A DNA stretch of 32,000 nt from NCBI RefSeq assembly GCF_016127575.1, contig NZ_CP066018.1, positions 2,880,001-2,912,000 on the forward strand. Direction: 5' to 3'. Each line of letters opens with the position of its first letter. Position 1 is the stretch's first letter. The notes under the pieces were generated by a model. The model was not told the origin of the DNA, did no database searches, and was given only the letters and a program-made list of their open reading frames with translations. The DNA comes from Cupriavidus necator (GTDB lineage: Bacteria > Pseudomonadota > Gammaproteobacteria > Burkholderiales > Burkholderiaceae). Positions 9,007 through 19,268 of the stretch are shown here, in pieces. Position numbers and translations under genes: made by a program.

Positions 9007-10695
9007 ATGGCGACCACAGCCCACCTCGATACCTTCGCGCGCGACCGCCTGCCGCCGCCCGATATGTGGCCGGTGTTCCGCTTCAATGCCGATACCGACT
9101 ACCCTGAGCGGATGAATGCCGCGGTGGAGCTGGTAGACCGCCACGTGCGCGAAGGCCGCGGCGAGCGCATCGCCATCCGCCATCGCCGCGACGGACAGAT
9201 CGAGGCGGTCACGTATGCGCAGCTGGCGGCGCTGGTGAACCGCATCGCCCATGTGCTGGTCGAGGACATGCAGCTGGTGCCCGGCAATCGCGTGCTGCTG
9301 CGCGGGCCCAACAACCTGATGATGGCCGCCAGCTGGCTGGCCACGCTCAAGGCGGGCCTGGTCGCGGTGCCGACCATGCCGCTGCTGCGCGCCAAGGAAC
9401 TGAAGCAGATCATCGACAAGGCCCAGGTCGGCGCCGCGCTGTGCGATGCGCGGCTGCGCGAGGAACTCGATGCCAACCAGCAGGCGGGCGGCGAATTCCA
9501 CTGCCCGAGCCTGGCGCGCACGCTGTACTTCAACGGTGAAGGCGAGGGTTCGCTGGAGGCGGCGATGGCGGGCAAGCCGGATGCCTTCGAGGCCTGCGAC
9601 ACCGCCAGCGACGACGTCTGCCTGATCGCCTTTACCAGCGGCACCACCGGCCAGCCCAAGGGCACCATGCACTTCCATCGCGACGTGCTGGCCATGTGCG
9701 ACCTGTTCCCGCGCCACGTGCTGCGCCCGCAGCCCGACGACGTGTTCTGCGGCACACCGCCGATCGCGTTCACCTTCGGGCTGGGCGGCATGCTGTGTTT
9801 CCCGCTGCGCATCGGCGCCAGCGCCGTGCTGGCCGAGAAGCTGACGCCAGAGACGCTGCTCGGGCTGATCCAGGATTTCCGCGCCACCATCGTCTTTACC
9901 GCCCCGACCTTCTACCGGCAGATGGCAGCGCTGGCGCCGCGCTACGACCTGTCCAGCCTGAAGAAGAGCGTGTCGGCCGGCGAAGCCCTGCCGGACGCCA
10001 CGCGCCAGAGCTGGAAGGCGGCCACCGGCATCGAGATGACCGACGGCATCGGCGGCACGGAGATGATGCATATCTTTATCTCCAGCGCCGGCGCCGAGGT
10101 CAGGCCGGGCGCGATCGGGCGCGTGGTGCCGGGCTATGTCGCGCAGATCGTCGACGAGAACATGCAGCCCCTGCCGCCGGGGCAGGTCGGCAAGCTCGCG
10201 GTGCAGGGGCCAACCGGCTGCCGCTACCTGGACGATCCGCGCCAGTCCAACTATGTGAAGGCGGGCTGGAACCTGCCGGGTGATACCTTTTTCGTTGACG
10301 AGGACGGCTACTACTTCTACCAGGCGCGTTCGGACGACATGATCATCTCGGCCGGCTACAACATCGCCGGGCCGGAGGTGGAAAGCGCACTGATGCAGCA
10401 CGAGGCAGTGGCCGAATGCGGTGTGGTCGGCGCGCCCGACGACGGGCGCGGCCAGGTGGTGATGGCCTATGTGGTGCTGCGCGAGGGCGTGGCGGCGGAC
10501 GACGCTACCCGCACCGCGCTGCAGGACTACGTGAAGCGCCAGATCGCGCCCTACAAGTATCCGCGCCGCATTGTGTTCGTGCCGGCGCTGCCGCGCACCG
10601 AGACCGGCAAGCTGCAGCGCTTCCGGCTGCGGCAGATGGCGGAGCAGGGCAATGGCGGCGGCAATGGCGGCGTCAACCAGGCGGGGAAGCCATGA
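9007..10695 (+). CDS. AMP-forming aryl/acyl-CoA ligase (benzoate/2-aminobenzoate-CoA ligase-like), 562 aa
   Basis: AGGAGA lies upstream of ATG 9007. Motifs: [68 protein letters not shown]. The substrate assignment rests only on operon context. Confidence 0.75.
   Translation: MATTAHLDTFARDRLPPPDMWPVFRFNADTDYPERMNAAVELVDRHVREGRGERIAIRHRRDGQIEAVTYAQLAALVNRIAHVLVEDMQLVPGNRVLLRGPNNLMMAASWLATLKAGLVAVPTMPLLRAKELKQIIDKAQVGAALCDARLREELDANQQAGGEFHCPSLARTLYFNGEGEGSLEAAMAGKPDAFEACDTASDDVCLIAFTSGTTGQPKGTMHFHRDVLAMCDLFPRHVLRPQPDDVFCGTPPIAFTFGLGGMLCFPLRIGASAVLAEKLTPETLLGLIQDFRATIVFTAPTFYRQMAALAPRYDLSSLKKSVSAGEALPDATRQSWKAATGIEMTDGIGGTEMMHIFISSAGAEVRPGAIGRVVPGYVAQIVDENMQPLPPGQVGKLAVQGPTGCRYLDDPRQSNYVKAGWNLPGDTFFVDEDGYYFYQARSDDMIISAGYNIAGPEVESALMQHEAVAECGVVGAPDDGRGQVVMAYVVLREGVAADDATRTALQDYVKRQIAPYKYPRRIVFVPALPRTETGKLQRFRLRQMAEQGNGGGNGGVNQAGKP
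10648..10671 (+). repeat. Perfect 12-bp tandem duplication GGCAATGGCGGC x2 in the ligase 3' end, encoding GNGG-GNGG
   Basis: Read directly: 10648-10659 and 10660-10671. A related GGCAGATGGCGG sits at 10631-10642. The repeat lies after the last conserved ligase motif and 21 nt before the thioesterase ATG. Confidence 0.7.
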
Positions 10696-11117
10696 GCCCC
10701 GTGTTCCGCAGCACCGTCCTGGTGCGCTTCAAGCACTGCGACGCCGCGGGCATCGTGTTCTACCCGCGCTATTTCGAGATGCTCAACGACCTGATCGAAG
10801 ACTGGTTCAGCGAGGCGCTGGGCTGGCCCTTCGACGCCATGCATGGCGAGGGCCGAACTGGCGTGCCGACCGCCGAGCTGGAGTGCCGCTTCCTGGCTCC
10901 GAGCCGGCTGGGCGAGGTGCTGACGCGGGAACTGCGCGTGCTGAAGCTGGGCCAGTCCAGCTTTACCCTCGCGATCCGCTTCGCCGGCCCGCATGACGAT
11001 ACCCGCATGGAAGTGACGCAGCGGCTGGTCTGCGTCGATACCGGCTCGATTGCTCCGCAGCCGCTGCCCGATGCCGTGCGCGAGGCCATGTCGGCCTACC
11101 TGGTCGCGACGGCCTGA
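10692..11117 (+). CDS. 4HBT/YbgC-type hot-dog acyl-CoA thioesterase, 141 aa
   Basis: The start overlaps the ligase stop in ATGA (10692-10695). The N-terminal [21 protein letters not shown] is the 4HBT-class catalytic Asp context. Size is typical for a single hot-dog domain. Confidence 0.75.
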   Translation: MSPVFRSTVLVRFKHCDAAGIVFYPRYFEMLNDLIEDWFSEALGWPFDAMHGEGRTGVPTAELECRFLAPSRLGEVLTRELRVLKLGQSSFTLAIRFAGPHDDTRMEVTQRLVCVDTGSIAPQPLPDAVREAMSAYLVATA

Positions 11118-11166
11118 ATCCCCGAATTCCATTCACTCATACAGATAATCAACAGGAAAACGCATC

Positions 11167-11577
11167 ATGAACATCCTGCAGCCGCCCGACTGGGCGCCTC
11201 CGCGTGGCTACGCCAACGGCACCATGACCGAAATGCAGGTCGGCAGCCGCCTCCTCTTTGTCAGCGGCCAGATCGGCTGGACCGGCAAATGTGAATTCGA
11301 GACCGACGACTTCGGCCTGCAGGTGGCGCAGGCGCTGCGCAACGTGGTTGCCGTGCTGGCGGCCGGAGACGCGCTGCCCGAGCATATCGTGCGCATGACC
11401 TGGTATGTGAAGGACAAGGCGGAATATGTCGGCGCCTATGGGGCGATCGGCCAGCATTACCGGGCCATCATCGGCCGCCACTTCCCGGCGATGACGGCGG
11501 TCGAGGTTGCGGACCTGGTGGAGCCGCGCGCCAAGGTGGAAATCGAGGTCACGGCGGTCGTGCCGCCGCGGGCGTAA
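11167..11577 (+). CDS. Rid (YjgF/YER057c/UK114) family protein, 136 aa
   Basis: Family-typical length. Blocks: LLFVSGQIGW, VRMTWYV, and C-terminal PAMTAVEVADLVEPRAKVEIEVTAV. By eye, the RidA Arg105 position (P-A-R-x-x-V-E-V) reads P-A-M-T-A-V-E-V, so this may be a non-archetypal Rid subfamily. Confidence 0.75.
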   Translation: MNILQPPDWAPPRGYANGTMTEMQVGSRLLFVSGQIGWTGKCEFETDDFGLQVAQALRNVVAVLAAGDALPEHIVRMTWYVKDKAEYVGAYGAIGQHYRAIIGRHFPAMTAVEVADLVEPRAKVEIEVTAVVPPRA

Positions 11578-11591
11578 CGTAGCAGGCACAG

Positions 11592-11633
11592 GGCAGGACG
11601 GTGGCCGGCGGCGTGGCGCCGCCGCTGCCTGCC
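11592..11633 (+). terminator. GC-rich compound hairpin after the Rid gene, without a U-tract; possible operon terminator
   Basis: Inner stem GGCGGCG-tgg-CGCCGCC (11607-11623). Outer stem GGCAGG/CCTGCC (11592-11597 / 11628-11633). It starts 15 nt after the stop. No T-run follows. Confidence 0.35.
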
Positions 11634-11653
11634 GCGTGCAAGTCCTTGAAAAC

Positions 11654-11682
11654 TTGAGAAATTGGGTGGCGCGGGATATAAT
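11654..11682 (+). promoter_or_regulatory. Sigma70-type promoter candidate for carA: -35 TTGAGA, 17-bp spacer, -10 TATAAT
   Basis: Read directly: TTGAGA at 11654-11659, TATAAT at 11677-11682. It lies in an AT-rich patch about 230 nt upstream of the carA GTG. Confidence 0.6.
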
Positions 11683-11911
11683 TCGAAAGTTTCGCTTTCA
11701 GAACCCTTCACCCTAGCGCCTACCGCTTTCCACCTTCCGCCGCCCCCAGCCGCGCCGCCTTTGCTGTCCGCATTCAATGTGACGCAAGGAGCATGTCGCA
11801 ACCGGATCCGACCGCATCGGCGCAATGCCGCTGCCGCCGTCACGGATCCAGCCTGGGAGGCACGAGGCGTCGATTGGTCGGTCACGGGGTGAGTCCAGCA
11901 GGAGCCTACCC

Positions 11912-13048
11912 GTGTTACCGTCTTTTCCGTCCGCCATTCTCGCGCTTGCAGACGGCACGGTCTTTCGTGGCTATTCCATTGGCGCTTCCGGCCATACCAT
12001 CGGTGAAGTGGTGTTCAACACCGCCATCACCGGTTACCAGGAAATCCTCACCGACCCGAGTTACTCCCGGCAGATCGTCACGCTGACGTATCCGCATATC
12101 GGTAACTACGGGGTCAATCCTGAGGATGTCGAAGCCACGAAAGTCCATGCCGCCGGCCTGATCATCAAGGATCTGCCGATCCTGGCCTCGAACTTCCGCA
12201 AGGAGCACACCCTTGCCCACTACCTGAAGCAGGAAAAGGTGGTGGCCATCGCCGGCATCGATACGCGCAAGCTGACGCGTATCCTGCGTGAAAAGGGTGC
12301 CCAGAACGGCTGCATCCTGGCCGGCGAAGACAATGTCCAGAAGGCCATCGACCTGGCCCGCTCGTTCCCCGGCCTGGCCGGCATGGACCTGGCCAAGGTA
12401 GTCTCGGTCAAGGAACCGTACGAGTGGACCCAGTCCGAATGGAAGCTGGGCGAAGGCTACGGCAAGCAGGACCAGCCGCAATTCCACGTGGTCGCCTATG
12501 ACTACGGCGTCAAGTACAACATCCTGCGCATGCTGGCCGAGCGCGGCTGCAAGGTCACGGTGCTGCCCGCGCAGGCGAGCGCCGCCGACGCGCTGGCGCT
12601 GAATCCGGACGGCGTGTTCCTGTCCAACGGCCCCGGTGACCCCGAGCCGTGCGACTATGCCATCGCCGCCACGCGCGAGTTCATCGAGCGCGGCATCCCG
12701 ACCTTCGGCATCTGCCTGGGCCACCAGATCATGGCGCTGGCAGTAGGCGCCAAGACCCTGAAAATGAAGTTCGGCCACCATGGCGCCAACCACCCGGTCA
12801 AGGACCTGGACGATGGCCGCGTGGTGATCACGTCGCAGAACCACGGCTTCGCGGTCGATGCGGACACGCTGCCGTCGAATGTGCGCGTGACGCACAAGTC
12901 GCTGTTCGACGGTTCGCTGCAGGGTTTCGCGCTGACCGACAAGCCGGCCTTCTGCTTCCAGGGCCATCCGGAGGCGTCGCCCGGTCCGAACGACGTGGCT
13001 TACCTGTTCGACCGCTTCATCAAGCTGATGACGGACGCGCGCAAGTAA
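11912..13048 (+). CDS. carA: Carbamoyl-phosphate synthase small (glutaminase) subunit, 378 aa
   Basis: GTG 11912 with AGGAG at 11900-11904 (7-nt spacer). The N-terminus [43 protein letters not shown] aligns with the start of CarA proteins. GATase triad context: [27 protein letters not shown]. The track start at 11825 is an upstream extension. Confidence 0.9.
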   Translation: MLPSFPSAILALADGTVFRGYSIGASGHTIGEVVFNTAITGYQEILTDPSYSRQIVTLTYPHIGNYGVNPEDVEATKVHAAGLIIKDLPILASNFRKEHTLAHYLKQEKVVAIAGIDTRKLTRILREKGAQNGCILAGEDNVQKAIDLARSFPGLAGMDLAKVVSVKEPYEWTQSEWKLGEGYGKQDQPQFHVVAYDYGVKYNILRMLAERGCKVTVLPAQASAADALALNPDGVFLSNGPGDPEPCDYAIAATREFIERGIPTFGICLGHQIMALAVGAKTLKMKFGHHGANHPVKDLDDGRVVITSQNHGFAVDADTLPSNVRVTHKSLFDGSLQGFALTDKPAFCFQGHPEASPGPNDVAYLFDRFIKLMTDARK

Positions 13049-13086
13049 GCGGGCAAGAAGAACAGCGCAGACCTCAGGGACATCCC

Positions 13087-13758
13087 ATGAACGCCTTCAT
13101 GCATACCGCTTTCGGCATCACCGATTTCTGGACCTATGTGCTGGGCACGATCTTTATCGTGCTGCTGCCGGGGCCGAACTCGATGTACGTGCTGTCGGTG
13201 GCGGCGCAGCGCGGCGTGCGCGCCGGCTACAAGGGCGCGTGCGGGGTGTTCCTGGGCGACTTCGTGCTGATGGTGCTGTCGGCGGCGGGCGTGGCCTCGC
13301 TGCTCAAGGCCAGCCCGGCGCTGTTCTACGTGGTGAAGTACGTCGGCGCGGCCTACCTGGCGTGGATTGGTTTCAGCATGCTGCGCGGCGCGCTGCGCAA
13401 CTGGGCCGCACGCGGCGATGCCGCCGCCGCCGCGCCGGTTAGCAAGGCCGACCAGTCCGACCCGTTCCGCAAGGCGTTGCTGATCAGCCTGCTGAACCCG
13501 AAGGCGATCCTGTTCTTCATCTCGTTCTTCATCCAGTTTGTCGACCCGGCCTTCGCTTACCCGGTGCTGTCGTTCTCCGTGCTGGGCCTGGTCGCCCAGT
13601 TCTGCAGCTTTGCCTACCTGACCACGATCATCTTCGTGGGCGCGAAGCTGGCCGACGCATTCCGGCGCCGCCGGCGCCTGTCGGCGGGCATGTCGAGCGG
13701 GGTGGGCGCGATGTTCATCGGCTTCGGCGCCAAGCTGGCGACGGCCACGATGAACTGA
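13087..13758 (+). CDS. leuE: LysE/RhtB-family amino-acid exporter, LeuE (YeaS)-like, 223 aa
   Basis: ATG 13087. Strong resemblance along the full length to E. coli LeuE as I remember it (YWTY..G.IFIVL.PGPN, ACGVF.GD.VLM, RKAL..SL.NPKAILF..SFF.QF.D, GF.A.LAT). Predicted to span the membrane multiple times. Confidence 0.75.
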   Translation: MNAFMHTAFGITDFWTYVLGTIFIVLLPGPNSMYVLSVAAQRGVRAGYKGACGVFLGDFVLMVLSAAGVASLLKASPALFYVVKYVGAAYLAWIGFSMLRGALRNWAARGDAAAAAPVSKADQSDPFRKALLISLLNPKAILFFISFFIQFVDPAFAYPVLSFSVLGLVAQFCSFAYLTTIIFVGAKLADAFRRRRRLSAGMSSGVGAMFIGFGAKLATATMN

Positions 13759-13847
13759 GCAAGACGATATTTTTGAATCCTGACGGATTCCCTGATTACC
13801 GGCGCGGTCCGCAGGCAAGGCGGGCCGGCCCATAAAGAGAGCGTGCA

Positions 13848-17096
<3,249 letters not shown>

Positions 17097-17133
17097 AGCC
17101 CCGCAGGTAAGGCAAGCGGCACATCGCCACTGG

Positions 17134-17198
17134 CCGGGCGCATTGCGCCCGGTCAAGGCCAGGAAGCCCGCCGGAGTTGCTGCCGGCGGGCTTCCTGG
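17134..17198 (+). terminator. Two consecutive perfect hairpins after carB (7-bp stem, then 16-bp stem), with no U-tract
   Basis: CCGGGCG-cattg-CGCCCGG (17134-17152), then CCAGGAAGCCCGCCGG-agttgctg-CCGGCGGGCTTCCTGG (17159-17198). The sequence that follows is CCTAAACT. Confidence 0.5.
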
Positions 17199-17344
17199 CC
17201 TAAACTACGTCAAATTCGCCGATCGATGCGGCGTGCCCGCATTCGGTCCTGTCTGAAAGCCGCGGTTGAGCGGAAGTGCCCTGGCAGCATTGGCCAGGGA
17301 TGGCTCCAGCTCCGCTGCGGCTCATTTTTTTGTTGAACGAAGAC

Positions 17345-17821
17345 ATGAGCACCATTCCGATTACCAAGCGTGGCGCAGAGCTCCTGAAGGAGGAGTTGCA
17401 GCGCCTGAAGGCTGTCGAGCGTCCGGCGGTGATCAATGCGATCTCGGAAGCCCGCGCACAGGGCGACCTGTCTGAAAACGCCGAATACGACGCCGCCAAG
17501 GAAAAGCAAGCCTTTATCGAAGGCCGCATCCTGGAAGTGGAGGCCAAGCTGTCGGCCGCGCAGATCATCGACCCGACCCAGCTGGACACCGACGGCCGCA
17601 TCGTCTTTGGCGCGACTGTGGACCTGGAAGACCTGGAGTCCGGCAGTCCCGTCAGCTACCAGATCGTGGGCGATGACGAAGCCGACATCGACGTCGGCAA
17701 GATCTCAGTCAGCTCGCCCATCGCGCGTGCGCTGATCGGCAAGTTCGAAGGCGACGTCGCAACCGTGCTGGCCCCTGGTGGCGAGCGCGAGTACGAAGTC
17801 ATTACCGTACGCTATATCTGA
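17345..17821 (+). CDS. greA: Transcription elongation/cleavage factor GreA, 158 aa
   Basis: [51 protein letters not shown]. Length and C-terminal FKBP-like domain are typical. Confidence 0.95.
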   Translation: MSTIPITKRGAELLKEELQRLKAVERPAVINAISEARAQGDLSENAEYDAAKEKQAFIEGRILEVEAKLSAAQIIDPTQLDTDGRIVFGATVDLEDLESGSPVSYQIVGDDEADIDVGKISVSSPIARALIGKFEGDVATVLAPGGEREYEVITVRYI

Positions 17822-17876
17822 CGCCGGCCCGGCCGGCAGGCTTGCACCTGGCCCGGCCCACCGGAAAGACCGGCAC

Positions 17877-18380
17877 GTGTTCTCCAATTCCTATAACAAT
17901 CTGCCGCCGCTGCCGCACCGCATCTTCCTGCTGCTGACGGTGGTGTGGGCAGGCAGCCTCTGGACCGTCGGCTACATGGTGGCGCCGACCTTGTTCTCGG
18001 TGCTGCCCAGCCGCGAGATGGCGGGCATGATCGCCGGGCACCTGTTCCATACCGAGGCCATCGTCGGGGTCACCATCGGCGTGCTGCAGCTGGTGCTGTG
18101 CAACGTGATGATCCGGCGCGGTGCCCACCGCTATCGCGGCCTGCGCTGGCTGGTGCTGGGCATGTTGTGCTGCGTGCTGGCGGGCTACTTCGGCACCCAG
18201 CCGTTCATGGCCGGCCTGAAGGAAAAGGCGCTGGCGCTGGGCGTCGGCGTTTCGGAATCGCCTTACAAGGCGCAGTTCGGCATGCTGCACGGCGTGTCGA
18301 GCGCCTTCTACCTGCTGCAAAGCCTGCTGGCGCTGGTGCTGGTGTGGCGCGCTTCGGCGCCGCGTTCGGCCGGGGAATGA
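17877..18380 (+). CDS. Small integral membrane protein, DUF4149 (TMEM205-like) family, about 167 aa
   Basis: About four hydrophobic segments (IFLLLTVVWAGSLWTVGYMVAPTLF, etc.). There is no in-frame ATG near the 5' end, so I propose GTG 17877 with GGAAAG upstream. The family assignment is from memory of the gene found between greA and yhbY in Burkholderiales. Confidence 0.55.
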   Translation: MFSNSYNNLPPLPHRIFLLLTVVWAGSLWTVGYMVAPTLFSVLPSREMAGMIAGHLFHTEAIVGVTIGVLQLVLCNVMIRRGAHRYRGLRWLVLGMLCCVLAGYFGTQPFMAGLKEKALALGVGVSESPYKAQFGMLHGVSSAFYLLQSLLALVLVWRASAPRSAGE

Positions 18381-18388
18381 GGCCGGCC

Positions 18389-18419
18389 GCCGGCACCGCC
18401 ACGGGCGTGGCGTGCCGGC
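18389..18419. terminator. GC-rich hairpin between the convergent DUF4149 gene and yhbY; candidate bidirectional terminator without a U-tract
   Basis: GCCGGCAC(C)GCCAC-gggc-GTGGCGTGCCGGC: 13 bp with one bulge, read directly. Confidence 0.4.
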
Positions 18420-18467
18420 ATCGGGCGTCGCCTGGCAGCGACCCCGCCATGCTTCAGCTGATCGTGC

Positions 18468-18971
18468 TCAGCCCAGCGCCTTCTTCTTCTGGCTGGTCGG
18501 GCGTGCGCGCGAACGCTTCACATTGCCGCCGGCGGTGACGCGCTCGTTGCCAAGCACCGTGACTTCCTTGCGGGTCGGACGGCGGTTCGGCGCGGCGCTG
18601 GGCTTCTTGACCGTCACCGTGCGCGGGGCCGCGCCGCCACGGCGGGCGGGGGTGTGGCGGCCCAGGTCTTCGGCCTGGTTTTCCTTCAGGCGCGCTTCGC
18701 CCGGACGCCAGACCACCAGCAGCTTGCCGATATGCTGGATCGGCGCGGCGCTGAGCTGGTCGCAGATTTCCTCGTAGATGGCGATGCGCGCATCGCGATC
18801 GTCGCCGAACACGCGGATCTTGATCAGGTCGTGGGCGGCCAGGCTGCGGTCGATCTCGGCCAGTACGGCACGGGTCAGGCCTTCGGCGCCGACCATCACG
18901 ACCGGGTTCAGGGCATGGGCACGGGAGCGCAGGTCAGAGCGCTGGGCAGGGACTAGTTGTAGAGCAGGCAT
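18468..18971 (-). CDS. yhbY: YhbY/CRM-domain RNA-binding (ribosome assembly) protein with a basic C-terminal extension of about 70 aa; 167 aa in total
   Basis: Start ATG at 18971. LRSRAHALNPVVMVGAEGLTRAVLAEIDRSLAAHDLIKIRV..IGKLLVVWRP aligns with E. coli YhbY (97 aa). The tail is RHTPARRGGAAPRTVTVKKPSAAPNRRPTRKEV...KRSRARPTSQKKKALG. The track start at 19109 is an upstream extension. Confidence 0.8.
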   Translation of the reverse strand: MPALQLVPAQRSDLRSRAHALNPVVMVGAEGLTRAVLAEIDRSLAAHDLIKIRVFGDDRDARIAIYEEICDQLSAAPIQHIGKLLVVWRPGEARLKENQAEDLGRHTPARRGGAAPRTVTVKKPSAAPNRRPTRKEVTVLGNERVTAGGNVKRSRARPTSQKKKALG

Positions 18972-18976
18972 AAGTT

Positions 18977-19038
18977 GGCGCTGATTATTAGGCGCTTGAA
19001 ATAGTGATAGAGCGCGTGGGCGCTGGAAATCGGGCGCT
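18977..19038. repeat. Four direct copies of GGCGCT, arranged as two GGCGCT-N8-GGCGCT pairs in the yhbY/rlmE divergent intergenic region
   Basis: Copies at 18977, 18991, 19019 and 19033 (spacings 14/28/14), read directly. The first copy begins 6 nt from the yhbY start codon. Confidence 0.5.
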
Positions 19039-19268
19039 GCAGCCCGCGCCGGTCGTGACACGGCGGGTCGGGCAAGGACAGGCTGCCGACGGCCGCCCGG
19101 GGGCGGCAAGCCGGCAGCTGATAAGGCGAGCCGGCGGTCGGGATGCGGATTGGCGCGTATTATCCGTCAATCCGGCACTGTCGGGCAGCAAAATCATCAA
19201 AACAGTAGGAAAACCTTCGCGGGCGGCATTGACCGGCGGGCGGGGCAGGGAACAGGCTGGTAACTGGC

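Noticed and set aside
1669-11577. Possibility that the prpE and catabolic-operon block is a mobile genomic island
   Set aside because: There is no integrase, transposase, IS end, tRNA attachment site or flanking direct repeat. Composition looks the same as the flanks by eye. A k-mer or GC-skew calculation and comparison with related genomes would be needed to say more.
11844-11863. GGAUCCAGCCUGGGAGGCAC in the carA leader resembles the PyrR binding-loop core (ARUCCAGAGAGGCU)
   Set aside because: The match needs a 4-nt insertion in the middle of the consensus. I cannot find the accompanying terminator/antiterminator architecture or a U-tract. It is too weak to call without covariation evidence.
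11793-12086. 97-aa ORF starting in the carA leader, directly after AAGGAG (11787-11792)
   Set aside because: Only 1 nt separates the SD-like hexamer from the ATG. The ORF runs out of frame into carA and is Arg/Pro/Ser-rich. The 76-aa ORF at 11662..11892 is equally unconvincing.
13775-13790. TGAATCC-TGAC-GGATTC before carB looked like a possible ARG box
   Set aside because: The enterobacterial ARG box has TGAAT and ATTCA separated by about 4 A/T bases. Here the half-site spacing and the GC-containing spacer do not fit. It is kept only as a small inverted repeat.
17279-17331. Hairpin CCCTGGC-N7-GCCAGGG and a T7 run in the greA leader; possible leader terminator or GraL-like sRNA as in E. coli
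   Set aside because: The T-run (17325-17331) begins 25 nt after the hairpin. The sequence directly before the T-run forms only a 3-5 bp interrupted stem. This is not a credible intrinsic terminator from sequence alone.
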